Source: a candidate division FCPU426 bacterium
Lineage (GTDB): Bacteria; Oederibacteriota; Muellerivitia; Muellerivitales; Muellerivitaceae
Direction: 5' to 3'
Assembly: GCA_963796105.1 (NCBI GenBank)
Contig: CAWCKJ010000004.1
Span: 128,001 to 192,000 of the forward strand
Length of the DNA: 64,000 nt
The notes under the pieces are model-generated. The model saw only the letters and a list, made by a program, of their open reading frames with translations, was not told the DNA's origin and searched no databases. The stretch's first letter is position 1. Every line of letters begins with the position of its first letter. Shown here piece after piece: positions 10,810-20,257 of the stretch. Made by a program: the position numbers and the translations under genes.

Positions 10810-12335
10810 TGGCTTCCTCCCTTCAGGTCGGCCGAGCGGTCGCTGGGGATGCCGTACTTGTCCAGGATATCCTCCGTGGCCTGCTTGGACTTGGCCGCGT
10901 CGAGGATGATCTGGGTCCCGACTTCCCTGGGCTTGTCGATCTCGATGATATGCCGGCCGTCCTGGGGGTCCTCGAAGGCCGCGATCAAGTCCTTCATCTC
11001 GGAGATGTTGTGCCCGTTCACCTGGGTGACGATGAGGTTGCTGAATTTGGAGTCGTAACCCTTGTTGATGGAGCCCGAGAGGATGTGGTTGATCAGGATG
11101 ACCTGCTTGCGGTTTTCCGAGGGAAGGCCGTGGAAATAAAGGGCCTTCAGGTCCGTGGAGGTATCCTTGCCGATACCGGGATAGTTCGAGTTGAACGGCG
11201 TGAAAATAAAACCGTCGAAGATGAAATAGGTCGGCTGTTTGTCGTATTGGACGAGGGGGATCAGGCGGGACTCTTCCTTCAAGGTCACGGTTAAATCCAG
11301 GGGTTTCTTGTCCCTCAGGACTTTTAATTTCATCTTGTCCCCGATATGGCGCAAACAGAGGGGATAACTGAAATGGATTCTCTCCCCTTTCCGGAAGGAA
11401 ATGGTCCCGTCGTTGGCGATGGGGTAACCGTCGATGGACATCAGGATGTCGTTTTCTTGGACCTTCTCCCAGGCCGAGGAGTGATAGATGACCTTGGAGA
11501 CCAAAAGTCCCGTCTGGTCCGGCTTCATGCCGTAATAGGACCTCAGGGTGTCGTTCTCCATGTCCTCTCCGTAGATCCCCAGTGTCGGGATTCCCCGGTA
11601 AGCGCCGTTCTTGATCTCATCCAGGAATCTCTTGATAACCGGAACCGGGACGAAAAAGCCGGTGTTCTGGGCCACCACCGCGTTGTAGCCCTGGAACGCC
11701 ACGCCCACCATCTTCTTGTCCTTGAATACCGGGCCCCCGCTGTTGCCGGGATTGATGGCCGCGTCCGTTTGGACGTCCAGGAGGTACCGCCCGGAGTGGG
11801 CATAGGTGGATATCTCGATCCTGGAAACGACTCCCTCGGTGATGGAAAGCTCCTCCCCTCCCAAGGGAAACCCGTAAACCGCGACCTTGTCCCTCTTGAA
11901 AGCCAGTCCCCCGAAGGTGACAGGCAGGGTGCCGGTAAAGAAATCCTCGTCGATCACCTTGAGGATGGCCAGGTCGCAGTCATGGGCCACGAATTCCCTC
12001 TTGGCGATGTATTTTCGGCTGTCCCCTTCCTTAAGCACCTCGATGAAAATCGCGTTGGAGACCACGTGAGCGTTGGTAAGTATCCGGTTCCCCTTGAGGA
12101 CGCATCCGCTCCCGCTCATGAATTGAGAGGAACCAATCCGCCAAGGCTCGTAGTAGTTGGGCTCCTGCGCGGTCGTGAAAATCTTGACCAGGGACTTCTG
12201 GAGAAGGTCGCCTGCCGCCCAGGAATGGCTGGGGGCGAGGGCAAACAAGGATAGGGAGAGAAGGCCGATGATTCGAGCGGCCGTGGACAACCGGCCGGAT
12301 TGAAAGCCATTCATTTTTCGAGAGTTCTTATTCAC
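10806..12335 (-). CDS. Deg2/Deg9-like (HtrA family) serine protease with PDZ domains
   Basis: Catalytic triad in LTNAHVV, DCDLAIL and AAINPGNSGGP; signal peptide; C-terminal IPSDRSADL typical of the plant Deg2-like group. Confidence 0.9.
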   Translation of the reverse strand: MNKNSRKMNGFQSGRLSTAARIIGLLSLSLFALAPSHSWAAGDLLQKSLVKIFTTAQEPNYYEPWRIGSSQFMSGSGCVLKGNRILTNAHVVSNAIFIEVLKEGDSRKYIAKREFVAHDCDLAILKVIDEDFFTGTLPVTFGGLAFKRDKVAVYGFPLGGEELSITEGVVSRIEISTYAHSGRYLLDVQTDAAINPGNSGGPVFKDKKMVGVAFQGYNAVVAQNTGFFVPVPVIKRFLDEIKNGAYRGIPTLGIYGEDMENDTLRSYYGMKPDQTGLLVSKVIYHSSAWEKVQENDILMSIDGYPIANDGTISFRKGERIHFSYPLCLRHIGDKMKLKVLRDKKPLDLTVTLKEESRLIPLVQYDKQPTYFIFDGFIFTPFNSNYPGIGKDTSTDLKALYFHGLPSENRKQVILINHILSGSINKGYDSKFSNLIVTQVNGHNISEMKDLIAAFEDPQDGRHIIEIDKPREVGTQIILDAAKSKQATEDILDKYGIPSDRSADLKGGSQ

Positions 12336-12555
12336 GTATTAAACACCTTTGCTTAAGGTCATCGGTCTCTTTGGACCGCGGATATGATAATGGATATCCC
12401 GATTTTTTGCCGTATTTTCGCTATTTATTCTTGGGCTTCACCGGTACTTATCCTCCACCCTTCCCATTTGCCCCGCTGTGTTCTTTGTTTTTACTTTTTC
12501 AAACATCCATCCATTCCCCTTTGGCCCCATAGCCTCCTTAAGTTATGCTAACTCC

Positions 12556-14901
12556 ATGAAATTTCCAGGCTCCGAGACCCTCAAAAAAGTCCTTCTTTCT
12601 CCCGCCTCCAACCGCAAGGCCTTAGGCGCCCTGGTCCTGGCCCTGGCGGTCCTGGCCCTTTTCGGCAGGGCCCTTTTCTCCCTAGATACCTTGGTTTCCA
12701 ACAAGGATTTTTCCCTCGCCAACCAGTTCTACGCCTGGCGGGAATTTGGTTTCTCCGAATTGGCGAAGGGGCATCTGGCTCTTTGGGACCCCTACCTCTT
12801 TTGCGGGGCGCCCTTTTTCGCGGGTTTCCAGTCCGCCCTCCTCTATCCTCCCAATTGGCTCTTTCTCATTCTTCCCCTGGTTTTCGCCTTGAACTTTTCC
12901 ATCGCCCTCCACGTTTTCTTGGCCGGTTTTTTTACCTACCTATGGCTGGGCGCGAACCGCTTGAGCTGCCTGGCTTCCCTTTTCGGCGCTTTCGTCTTCA
13001 TGTTCGGCGGCGCCTTTTTCCTCCATGTCTATGCCGGCCACATGCCCAACCTTTGCACCATGGCCTGGATACCCCTGATCTTCCTCTGGGTGGAAATTCT
13101 CCTGGATTCCCCCACCCTTAAAAATGTCCTGGTGGGCATCGCTATCCTCTCCCTCCAGATCCTATCCGGACACGCCCAATATCTTGATTACACCTTTTTC
13201 CTGGCGGGGCTCTATGCCCTGTTTCTCATTTACAAGAACCAGGAGAACCGTTTGAGAAAAATTTTCTGCGGGCTCTCCATGCTCCTGGGAAGTTTCGCCC
13301 TCACCGCCATCCAATGGCTCACGACCCTGGGGGCCCTCGGCGAGAACCTCCGGAACATCGAGGGCTCCCTGGAATACCAGCGGATCTATTCCCTCCCCTT
13401 CGTGAACGCCTTGACGGTCATGGCCTCGGGACTTGCCGGAAAGAATGTCCGTTTCGCCTGCATGCCGTCCCGTTATTGGAATGAGGCCTGCCTATTCATC
13501 GGCATCGTGGCTTTCCTGGCGGCCCTTTACTCCCTGGCCAGGGGAGAAAACCATAAGGAAAAAAAATGGGTCATTCTGGGTCTGGGACTGTTCGCGCTAT
13601 TGCTAGCCTTTGGTTTTCATACCCCCCTTTATCCCCTCCTGAACCAATGGATTCCCTCTTTCAACTCCTTCCGGGGCAGTTATAAGTTCGCTATTTTTTT
13701 CCAATTGGCTTTCTCATTCCTCGCGGCGCTGGGAATTCAAGCCTGGTTGACCGACGCGAAGAAAGTGATTTGGCCCGCCCACCTGGCCCTCGGACTAGGA
13801 GTGGTCTTCCTGGCAGCCGCCCTTTTGGAATTCCGGGGATCCGGTTTGGAGGGAATTCCGGACACTCTCACCCTTAATGATTTGTTCCCCCTTTCATCGC
13901 AAGATCCCCGGTACCTGGAGCAATTGTCCGCGGCGAAGATCGTCAACCTGGCCGGCGCTTCCATCCTGTTGCTTGTATTTGGCCTTGTCTGGATGGCAAG
14001 ACCCCTTGGGGAGGGGAGAAAATACGCCCTGGCCTTGCTGGGCATGGTGAACCTCTGGGCCTTCGGCTGGTCCAACCTATCGGGGTTCAACGCCAAGGAG
14101 ATGTTGACCTGGCAGTCCGGGATCAGGGATAACCTGGCCCAAAACCTGGGGGACAACCGGGTTGATTGGGTGCTCAACGGCAACCGCGCCCTTTCCACGA
14201 GATTGCCGGATATCTGGGGCGACGACCCCCTGGTCCCCAAAAGGTACAATTACTTCATCACCTATTCGGGCAACCCATCAGCGGATGAGTCCGAGGACCC
14301 CTCCGCCAAAAAAGTTAACCTGACCGCCCCAAAAATCCGGTTGATCCGACTGATGAAGTTATTGGTCTATAAAAACGGCGGGATGAACCTGAACGAGATG
14401 ACCTATCCCCTCCTGCCCCGGGCCTTCTTGGCGGGGCGGTGGAAATGGGAGGGCACCCCCCAGGATCTGATGAATGATATTTCCCGGCCTGGTTTCGACC
14501 CAGGGGACGAGGTCCTGCTGGAAAAGGCTCCGACCCCATTGCCCGAGGAAAACCCGGGCCAGGGGAAGGTCTGGCTCCAGGACAAGACCACGGATGAGGT
14601 GGAATTCCGCGTCCAAACCGAAAAACCCCAGATCCTCATGGTGACCGACAACTATTGCCAAGGGTGGAAAGCCCTGGCCTACCCCGACAGCTCCCAGCAA
14701 ACCTACGAAGTGATGCCGGGTGATTATTTCGGCCGGGCCATCCCGCTGAGCGCCGGGAGCCACCACTTTCTCATGAAATACGAACCGGGCGCTTTCATCG
14801 TCGGGAAGTGGATATCCATAGCTTCACTCCTTACTTACTTCCTGGCCTGGGGATGGTGGTGGAGAAAAAATTGGAATGGCAAATTCATCTCAAACCATTG
14901 A
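12556..14901 (+). CDS. YfhO-family (GT-C fold) membrane protein
   Basis: LALWDPYLFCGAPFFAGFQSALLYPPN, LSGHAQ and the C-terminal 'VTDNY..GWKA...RAIPL.AGSH...YEP' YfhO signature. Start ATG 12556 preferred over GTG 12478. Confidence 0.8.
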   Translation: MKFPGSETLKKVLLSPASNRKALGALVLALAVLALFGRALFSLDTLVSNKDFSLANQFYAWREFGFSELAKGHLALWDPYLFCGAPFFAGFQSALLYPPNWLFLILPLVFALNFSIALHVFLAGFFTYLWLGANRLSCLASLFGAFVFMFGGAFFLHVYAGHMPNLCTMAWIPLIFLWVEILLDSPTLKNVLVGIAILSLQILSGHAQYLDYTFFLAGLYALFLIYKNQENRLRKIFCGLSMLLGSFALTAIQWLTTLGALGENLRNIEGSLEYQRIYSLPFVNALTVMASGLAGKNVRFACMPSRYWNEACLFIGIVAFLAALYSLARGENHKEKKWVILGLGLFALLLAFGFHTPLYPLLNQWIPSFNSFRGSYKFAIFFQLAFSFLAALGIQAWLTDAKKVIWPAHLALGLGVVFLAAALLEFRGSGLEGIPDTLTLNDLFPLSSQDPRYLEQLSAAKIVNLAGASILLLVFGLVWMARPLGEGRKYALALLGMVNLWAFGWSNLSGFNAKEMLTWQSGIRDNLAQNLGDNRVDWVLNGNRALSTRLPDIWGDDPLVPKRYNYFITYSGNPSADESEDPSAKKVNLTAPKIRLIRLMKLLVYKNGGMNLNEMTYPLLPRAFLAGRWKWEGTPQDLMNDISRPGFDPGDEVLLEKAPTPLPEENPGQGKVWLQDKTTDEVEFRVQTEKPQILMVTDNYCQGWKALAYPDSSQQTYEVMPGDYFGRAIPLSAGSHHFLMKYEPGAFIVGKWISIASLLTYFLAWGWWWRKNWNGKFISNH

Positions 14902-14991
14902 CCATTCCGCCTTATTGAAAGATACCTGGAACCGTGGGATATAATGAGACTAAATTCATAACATCATCACGTTTATTTCAAGGCAGTTAAA

Positions 14992-15272
14992 ATAGCCCTT
15001 GTTTTCGGATGGGATGTGGACCAGTCAGCTATTAATCTTAAAAAACATGGTGTATCCTTTGAGGAAGCCGCCACTGTGTTGAGCGACCCATTATCCTTTA
15101 CCTTCGATGATCCGGGCCATTCATTGACTGAACATCGCTTTATAACGATAGGCCTATCAACGGATGGGAGGACCCTGGTATTTTCACATACTGACAGGGG
15201 ACATTTAATAAGGCTCATTAGCGCCCGAAAGCGACAAGGCGAGAGAGGAAGTTCTATGAGAAAGAAAAATAA
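14992..15272 (+). pseudogene. BrnT (DUF497) toxin, degraded or frameshifted
   Basis: FGWD..SAINLKKHGVSFEEA...RFITIG...IRLISARK. The expected start position reads ATA (14992). The canonical end ATRRERKFYEKEK* lies in another frame after AAA at 15228-15230. Confidence 0.65.
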
Positions 15273-15474
15273 AAACGAATTGCGGTCGGAATACGACTTT
15301 CAGCGGTTAAAAGGCGGTGTGAGGGGAAAATACGCGGATCAATACCATTCAGGGACCAATCTCGTCCATTTGGATCCCGACGTTGCCAAAGTTTTCGAAA
15401 ACGCCGAGTCGGTCAACCAGACCCTGCACTCATTAATTAAATTCGCCAAAACCCAAATGGCGCATAGCCGCTGA
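15256..15474 (+). CDS. BrnA-like antitoxin
   Basis: MRKKNKNELRSEYDF...GGVRGKY...VHLDPDVAKVF...ESVNQTL, typical of DUF497 partners. Its ATG overlaps the toxin 3' end. Confidence 0.75.
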   Translation: MRKKNKNELRSEYDFQRLKGGVRGKYADQYHSGTNLVHLDPDVAKVFENAESVNQTLHSLIKFAKTQMAHSR

Positions 15475-15562
15475 TTATCCTGCGTTTTATTCCCCCTCAC
15501 CCAAACATCGCGGGATTCTCCATTTATTGAGCCATAATTGATCCATCTTTAGGAGGCGGAAA

Positions 15563-15934
15563 ATGAGCGACAAATCCCAGATTCAATGGCTTCCGGAACC
15601 CGAGGATAAGGACTATCCGGCGGCCCAATCCTACCTGAGCCTTTTCCATACCGAAACCGAGACCATCGGTTTTGTGAAGAAGCTCAAGGACGCCAAGATC
15701 ACCCAGTTCAAGGCCAAGGACATTTTCCGGGCCTCGGGACTGTCGCTGTTGGGCGTCAGCAACTACCACGTCGGCAAGGACCAGCAGAAAATCAAGGATG
15801 GTAAAGCCCTCTCACCACTCCTGTTGGTCCGGGACCCCCAGAACGGAAAGGTCGTCATCGCCGACGGCTACCACCGCCTCTGCGCGGTCTATTCCTTCAA
15901 CGAGGATGAGCTGATCCCCTGCAAAATCGTTTAG
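15563..15934 (+). CDS. Conserved hypothetical protein with ParB/Srx-like motif
   Basis: AGGAGG RBS; SPLLLV...VVIADGYHRL motif; GC3-rich codons. Confidence 0.65.
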   Translation: MSDKSQIQWLPEPEDKDYPAAQSYLSLFHTETETIGFVKKLKDAKITQFKAKDIFRASGLSLLGVSNYHVGKDQQKIKDGKALSPLLLVRDPQNGKVVIADGYHRLCAVYSFNEDELIPCKIV

Positions 15935-16211
15935 CCGTTTCTTACCCAAAAACTATGTCTAAATTTTTTAAATTAAAATCGTTGAGTCAATGTCAAACCG
16001 GGCGAGTGGGTGTGGGGTAATAAAATCATTGATAAATTTTGATCCGGCACGACCTCGTGGTTGTAACGCAACACGGCGTCTGTCCTGCACTTATCCGCGT
16101 CACTCTTCAACATAAATCCGATGGCGACAGCAACAACTCCCGAGCCTGTGAGTAACCAAAATGGCGTTTGATCAGCGCCTTTAGAGCCTATTTACCCTTT
16201 ACCGGGTGATA

Positions 16212-16272
16212 AGGCCCCGGGCTTGCCCGGGGCCTAGCCGTGTACTTGGCCGGGGTCATGCCCCGGCCAAGT
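16212..16272. repeat. Two adjacent GC-rich palindromes (REP-like)
   Basis: AGGCCCCGGGC-TT-GCCCGGGGCCT and ACTTGGCCGGGG-TCATG-CCCCGGCCAAGT. Confidence 0.6.
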
Positions 16273-16419
16273 GGCAGCTCGGTCCAAGTACTCAAAGGTC
16301 ATCCAGTCGTATCCTGGATTTGATCCGATAGTATTTAAAGTAGAAAAGGGAGAGCTGTCCCTTGACGGTGTCAACGCCATTTCAAACCCCATCCGCGCAT
16401 TCCGCTTTGGGAGGGATCA

Positions 16420-16452
16420 TAAAAAAACACCGCCCCGGGGTGCGGGGCGGTG
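16420..16452 (-). terminator. Intrinsic terminator downstream of the 1181-aa lipoprotein gene
   Basis: Minus strand CACCGCCCCG-CACCC-CGGGGCGGTG followed by TTTTTTT. Confidence 0.75.
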
Positions 16453-16548
16453 CCGGTGCTTCACGATCGTTATTGGACCTTGTGTGATCTTCACCATCAG
16501 AAGGGGGCTTGGCCCTCCCCGGCGAAGCGTACCTAAGAATGTCCCGTT

Positions 16549-19500
16549 TTATTGGAACGCCATGACCGTGGCGTTACCGCCGCTGTTGCCATCCGAAAAA
16601 GCCACGTAAGTCGTGCCGTTGGGGGAAAATGCCAAGGACGTATAACTGGCCGATCCGGCGGAGAAACCCGCGCTCCCCACGTTCGCCCAACCACTCCCGG
16701 TGAAGCCCATGACTGTGGCTTGGTTACCGTTTGCGTAATCCTGAAAAGCCACGTAGGGTTTGCCGGAATAAAAAGCCAGAGACGTATAATTGGCCGTCCC
16801 GGCGGAAAATCCCGCGTTCCCCACGTTTTGCCAACTGCCCGAGGTGTATTCCATGACCGTGGCTTTATAATCATTGCCGCAATCCTGAAAAGCCACGTAG
16901 GGATTGCCGTAGGCATCAATAGCCAGCGACGTATAATTGGCCGGCCCGGCGGAAAAGCCCTCGCTCCCCACGTTTTGCCAACCGCCCGAGGTGTACTCCA
17001 TGACCGTGGCTTTATAATCATTGCCGTATGCGTAATCCTCAAAAGCCACGTAGGGCTTGTTGTTGTACATGGCCAGCGATATATAATTAGCTTCCCCCGA
17101 GGAGAAATCCGGACTCCCTACATTCACCCAATTTCCTCCGATGTACGCCATCACCGAGGCTTTATTGCCGTTCGCTTGATCCTGGAAAGCCACGTATTGC
17201 GTGCCATAGCCGTCAAAAGCCAGCGACGTATAATTAACCCCTCCGGGGGCAAAACCAGCGGTCCCCAGGGTCGCCCAACCGGACCCGCTGTCATACATGA
17301 CCGTGGCGTTACCACCAACATTCCCATCCGAATAAGCCAAGTAGGGCGCGGTGCCGCTGATGTTAAAAACCAGGGACGTATATTGGACCCAGGCGGCGGA
17401 AAAACCCGCGCTTCCATAATTTGCCCAACTGCCATTGCTGTATTCCATCACCGTGGCTTTAGTGCCGTTGGCGTCATCCCGAAAAGCCACGTAGGGATTC
17501 CCGTCGGTGTCAAAAGCCAGCGACGTATATTCGGCCTGTCCGGCGGAGAAGCCCGCGCTCCCCACGTTATTCCAGTTCCCGTGGGGGTTGTGCACGTTCA
17601 AGGTGGCGGTCGCCGTAGGGGTTGATGTGTTGGTCGGGGTTGATGTGATGGTGGGCGTTGCCGTGAAAGTCGGGGTATTTCCGCCGCAGTAATTCATATA
17701 AATACTAAACGAAACTTCATTTTCAACGGACCCTCCACTGGGGTAAGTTCCGGGAAAGGCCCCGAAACTGTAGCTCACGAATACGGTCTTATCCCCAAAA
17801 CCCGTAACCACCTGGGTGGAATTTTGAACCTGGCAAACTAGCCAATAAGTCCCCGCATTGAGGTAAGCCGCCGGAACCGGGATCGTGTTCCAGCCGTTGA
17901 CGGCCGATTGGGCCGCCCCCTGCGTAATAAGGCTGATGGGGCCCGTCGCCTCGCTACCGGAATAAAGGGCCGCGTTCACTTGGCCCGAGGCGCCGCTCAA
18001 ATAAACCGAAATACTCTCGATGCCCTCCCCGACTACCGGAATGTTCACCTCGTTTGCCCACAGGTCTCCTGCCCCGGGTATTAAATTCAGGTATGGGCTC
18101 GTGATTCCAGCTTGGGACGGCGACGAGCAATTAATCGTGGTACTGGTGGGTGTGAGTGTGGGTGTAGGGGTCACGGGAATAGTGATCGTGACGGCGTCGA
18201 TATAGACATTTCCCGTCGCCCCGGCGGCGATACCCGGAATATCAACGCCGAACTGGGAAATATGGTGGGTATCCACGGCACCCGTTGAGCCGGTTCCGCC
18301 GGACCCGGAAGTCAGGGGGATCAATTGCACCCACTTGCCGCCGGTCACATTGGTCCATTGGCCTTCAAAGAGATAAGTCGCGGAGGCCCCGCCCACGGCG
18401 GTCGCGCTTTCATCGAAAACTATGGCGCCGGTGTTGCCCAAACTGGCGTCGCAGTAAACATACGCCCCTATCGAGGCCCCGTTGAAATCCTGGGCGGTAC
18501 TATAGCTGACTTCAAGCTGCAAGGCCCCGGTTACCGCGGCTGAATTGGTGACGCTCACCGCCAATGCCCCCGAACTGCCGGTAGACAATTGGGCCGTGGA
18601 TATGCCGATGGTGTTGATATTCACGGTCGTGCCGCCGTAGGGATCCGAATGCCAGCAATCCATGCTGCTCGCGAAGGTATAGGTCGTCTGGAGCGTGGGC
18701 GCGTAGCAAATGGTGGGTGTGATGGTGGGCGTTGCCGTGAAAGTCGGGGTATTTCCGCCGCAGTAATTCATATAAATACTAAACGAAACTTCATTTTCAA
18801 CGGACCCTCCACTGGGGTAAGTTCCGGGAAAGGCCCCGAAACTGTAGCTCACGAATACGGTCTTATCCCCAAAACCCGTAACCACCTGGGTGGAATTTTG
18901 AACCTGGCAAACTAGCCAATAAGTCCCCGCATTGAGGTAAGCCGCCGGAACCGGGATCGTGTTCCAGCCGTTGACGGCCGATTGGGCCGCCCCCTGCGTA
19001 ATAAGGCTGATGGGGCCCGTCGCCTCGCTACCGGAATAAAGGGCCGCGTTCACTTGGCCCGAGGCGCCGCTCAAATAAACCGAAATACTCTCGATGCCCT
19101 CCCCGACTACCGGAATGTTCACCTCGTTTGCCCACAGGTCTCCTGCCCCGGGTATTAAATTCAGGTATGGGCTCGTGATTCCAGCTTGGGACGGCGACGA
19201 GCAATTAATCGTGGTGCTGGTGGGTGTTTTGGTGGGGGTATAGGTGGGAGTATTGATCGGGGTATTGGTGATCGTATTGGTGGGGGTATTGGTCGGCGAA
19301 TTGGTCGGCGAGGTCGACCCCGTGCTGGTAATAGTGGAAGTCGGAGTGTAGGAGGGCGGCGCGGGCGAATTCACGAATTGGATCTCGTCCACCTGGAAAT
19401 TGAACGGCTGTCCCCCGGGGACCTGGAATTGCATGTTGATGATCTTGGCCCAGTCCAAGGCCACGGGAGCGCCCCAACCCTGCTGGGACAACTGCGTGGT

Positions 19501-20094
19501 GTAGAAAGTGTAGGGGGCCCATGCGCTGGTCAGCGTCACCGAGGCCCCGTAGCTGTCCCCGCAGCTCACGGCGCAGGAGCCGCCGTTGGCCAGCGTCATC
19601 GTCTCATCGGTGCCGATGGTGAAATGGACGACCTGGCCCGCGGGGGTGGAGAGGGCGTAAAACTTGACCCCCGTGTACCCGTAGGACTGCGCGTTATAGT
19701 CCAAGGGCGCGGATGCGAGGAAATTAAAGCCCAGACCCGCCCCATAGCCCGTGAAGCCCGAACCGTTGATGCCCATGGAGTAAAGCGTCCCGTTGGCGCC
19801 GCCGCTGGTGACGGCCAGGGGGTTGGGTAAAAGGGTTCCGCCCGTCCCGTCGTTGTAGGTGTACCAGTAGCCGTTCCTGCCCTGCTGGACGATGATTTGG
19901 GTGTTCTGGTCCTCCAGGTTGTCGATCATCATCGAGGCAGGCGAGGGAGACGTAGTGCTGGTCGGGGTGGACTTGCCGCCTCCCGGGGAAGAGGGGCTGT
20001 TTTTGCCCGGACAACCCAGGAACAGGAAGCAGATGGAGAAGCAGAGGAACAACAAAACCATCTTGCCGGATTGGGGAATGGAGAATCGGTGCAT
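16549..20094 (-). CDS. Modular surface lipoprotein: CBM11/CIA30-like domain, duplicated ~165-aa domain, Thr/Pro linkers, C-terminal 7-bladed beta-propeller
   Basis: Lipobox LFLGC; MIDNLED...GYWYTYND (CBM-like); seven ~48-aa repeats W.NVG.AGFS.G.A.YTSLAF...PYVAF.D...KATVM. Confidence 0.75.
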   Translation of the reverse strand: MHRFSIPQSGKMVLLFLCFSICFLFLGCPGKNSPSSPGGGKSTPTSTTSPSPASMMIDNLEDQNTQIIVQQGRNGYWYTYNDGTGGTLLPNPLAVTSGGANGTLYSMGINGSGFTGYGAGLGFNFLASAPLDYNAQSYGYTGVKFYALSTPAGQVVHFTIGTDETMTLANGGSCAVSCGDSYGASVTLTSAWAPYTFYTTQLSQQGWGAPVALDWAKIINMQFQVPGGQPFNFQVDEIQFVNSPAPPSYTPTSTITSTGSTSPTNSPTNTPTNTITNTPINTPTYTPTKTPTSTTINCSSPSQAGITSPYLNLIPGAGDLWANEVNIPVVGEGIESISVYLSGASGQVNAALYSGSEATGPISLITQGAAQSAVNGWNTIPVPAAYLNAGTYWLVCQVQNSTQVVTGFGDKTVFVSYSFGAFPGTYPSGGSVENEVSFSIYMNYCGGNTPTFTATPTITPTICYAPTLQTTYTFASSMDCWHSDPYGGTTVNINTIGISTAQLSTGSSGALAVSVTNSAAVTGALQLEVSYSTAQDFNGASIGAYVYCDASLGNTGAIVFDESATAVGGASATYLFEGQWTNVTGGKWVQLIPLTSGSGGTGSTGAVDTHHISQFGVDIPGIAAGATGNVYIDAVTITIPVTPTPTLTPTSTTINCSSPSQAGITSPYLNLIPGAGDLWANEVNIPVVGEGIESISVYLSGASGQVNAALYSGSEATGPISLITQGAAQSAVNGWNTIPVPAAYLNAGTYWLVCQVQNSTQVVTGFGDKTVFVSYSFGAFPGTYPSGGSVENEVSFSIYMNYCGGNTPTFTATPTITSTPTNTSTPTATATLNVHNPHGNWNNVGSAGFSAGQAEYTSLAFDTDGNPYVAFRDDANGTKATVMEYSNGSWANYGSAGFSAAWVQYTSLVFNISGTAPYLAYSDGNVGGNATVMYDSGSGWATLGTAGFAPGGVNYTSLAFDGYGTQYVAFQDQANGNKASVMAYIGGNWVNVGSPDFSSGEANYISLAMYNNKPYVAFEDYAYGNDYKATVMEYTSGGWQNVGSEGFSAGPANYTSLAIDAYGNPYVAFQDCGNDYKATVMEYTSGSWQNVGNAGFSAGTANYTSLAFYSGKPYVAFQDYANGNQATVMGFTGSGWANVGSAGFSAGSASYTSLAFSPNGTTYVAFSDGNSGGNATVMAFQ
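17644..19215. repeat. 498-bp direct repeat (17644-18141 and 18718-19215)
   Basis: The copies read identical by eye at a 1074-bp offset, and the same peptide TINCSSPSQ...YCGGNTPTFTATPTIT occurs twice in the translation. Confidence 0.9.
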
Positions 20095-20257
20095 AAGAGG
20101 CTTCCTATAAATAAAGTGTTAAAAAGTTGAAGATATCCCCTTCAATCACCCTTCTTCCCGCAGAAGGGGTATCGAAAAAACATCCCGATGAATGGGATTT
20201 AAAATTTCTCTTGGCAAAATTATTTTACGTGGGCGTGGAAAATCTAAAGAAGTTTAA

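Noticed and set aside
17644..19215. DGR template/variable repeat pair
   Set aside because: The copies look identical, with no adenine-specific differences; both are in frame within one gene; no reverse transcriptase is nearby.
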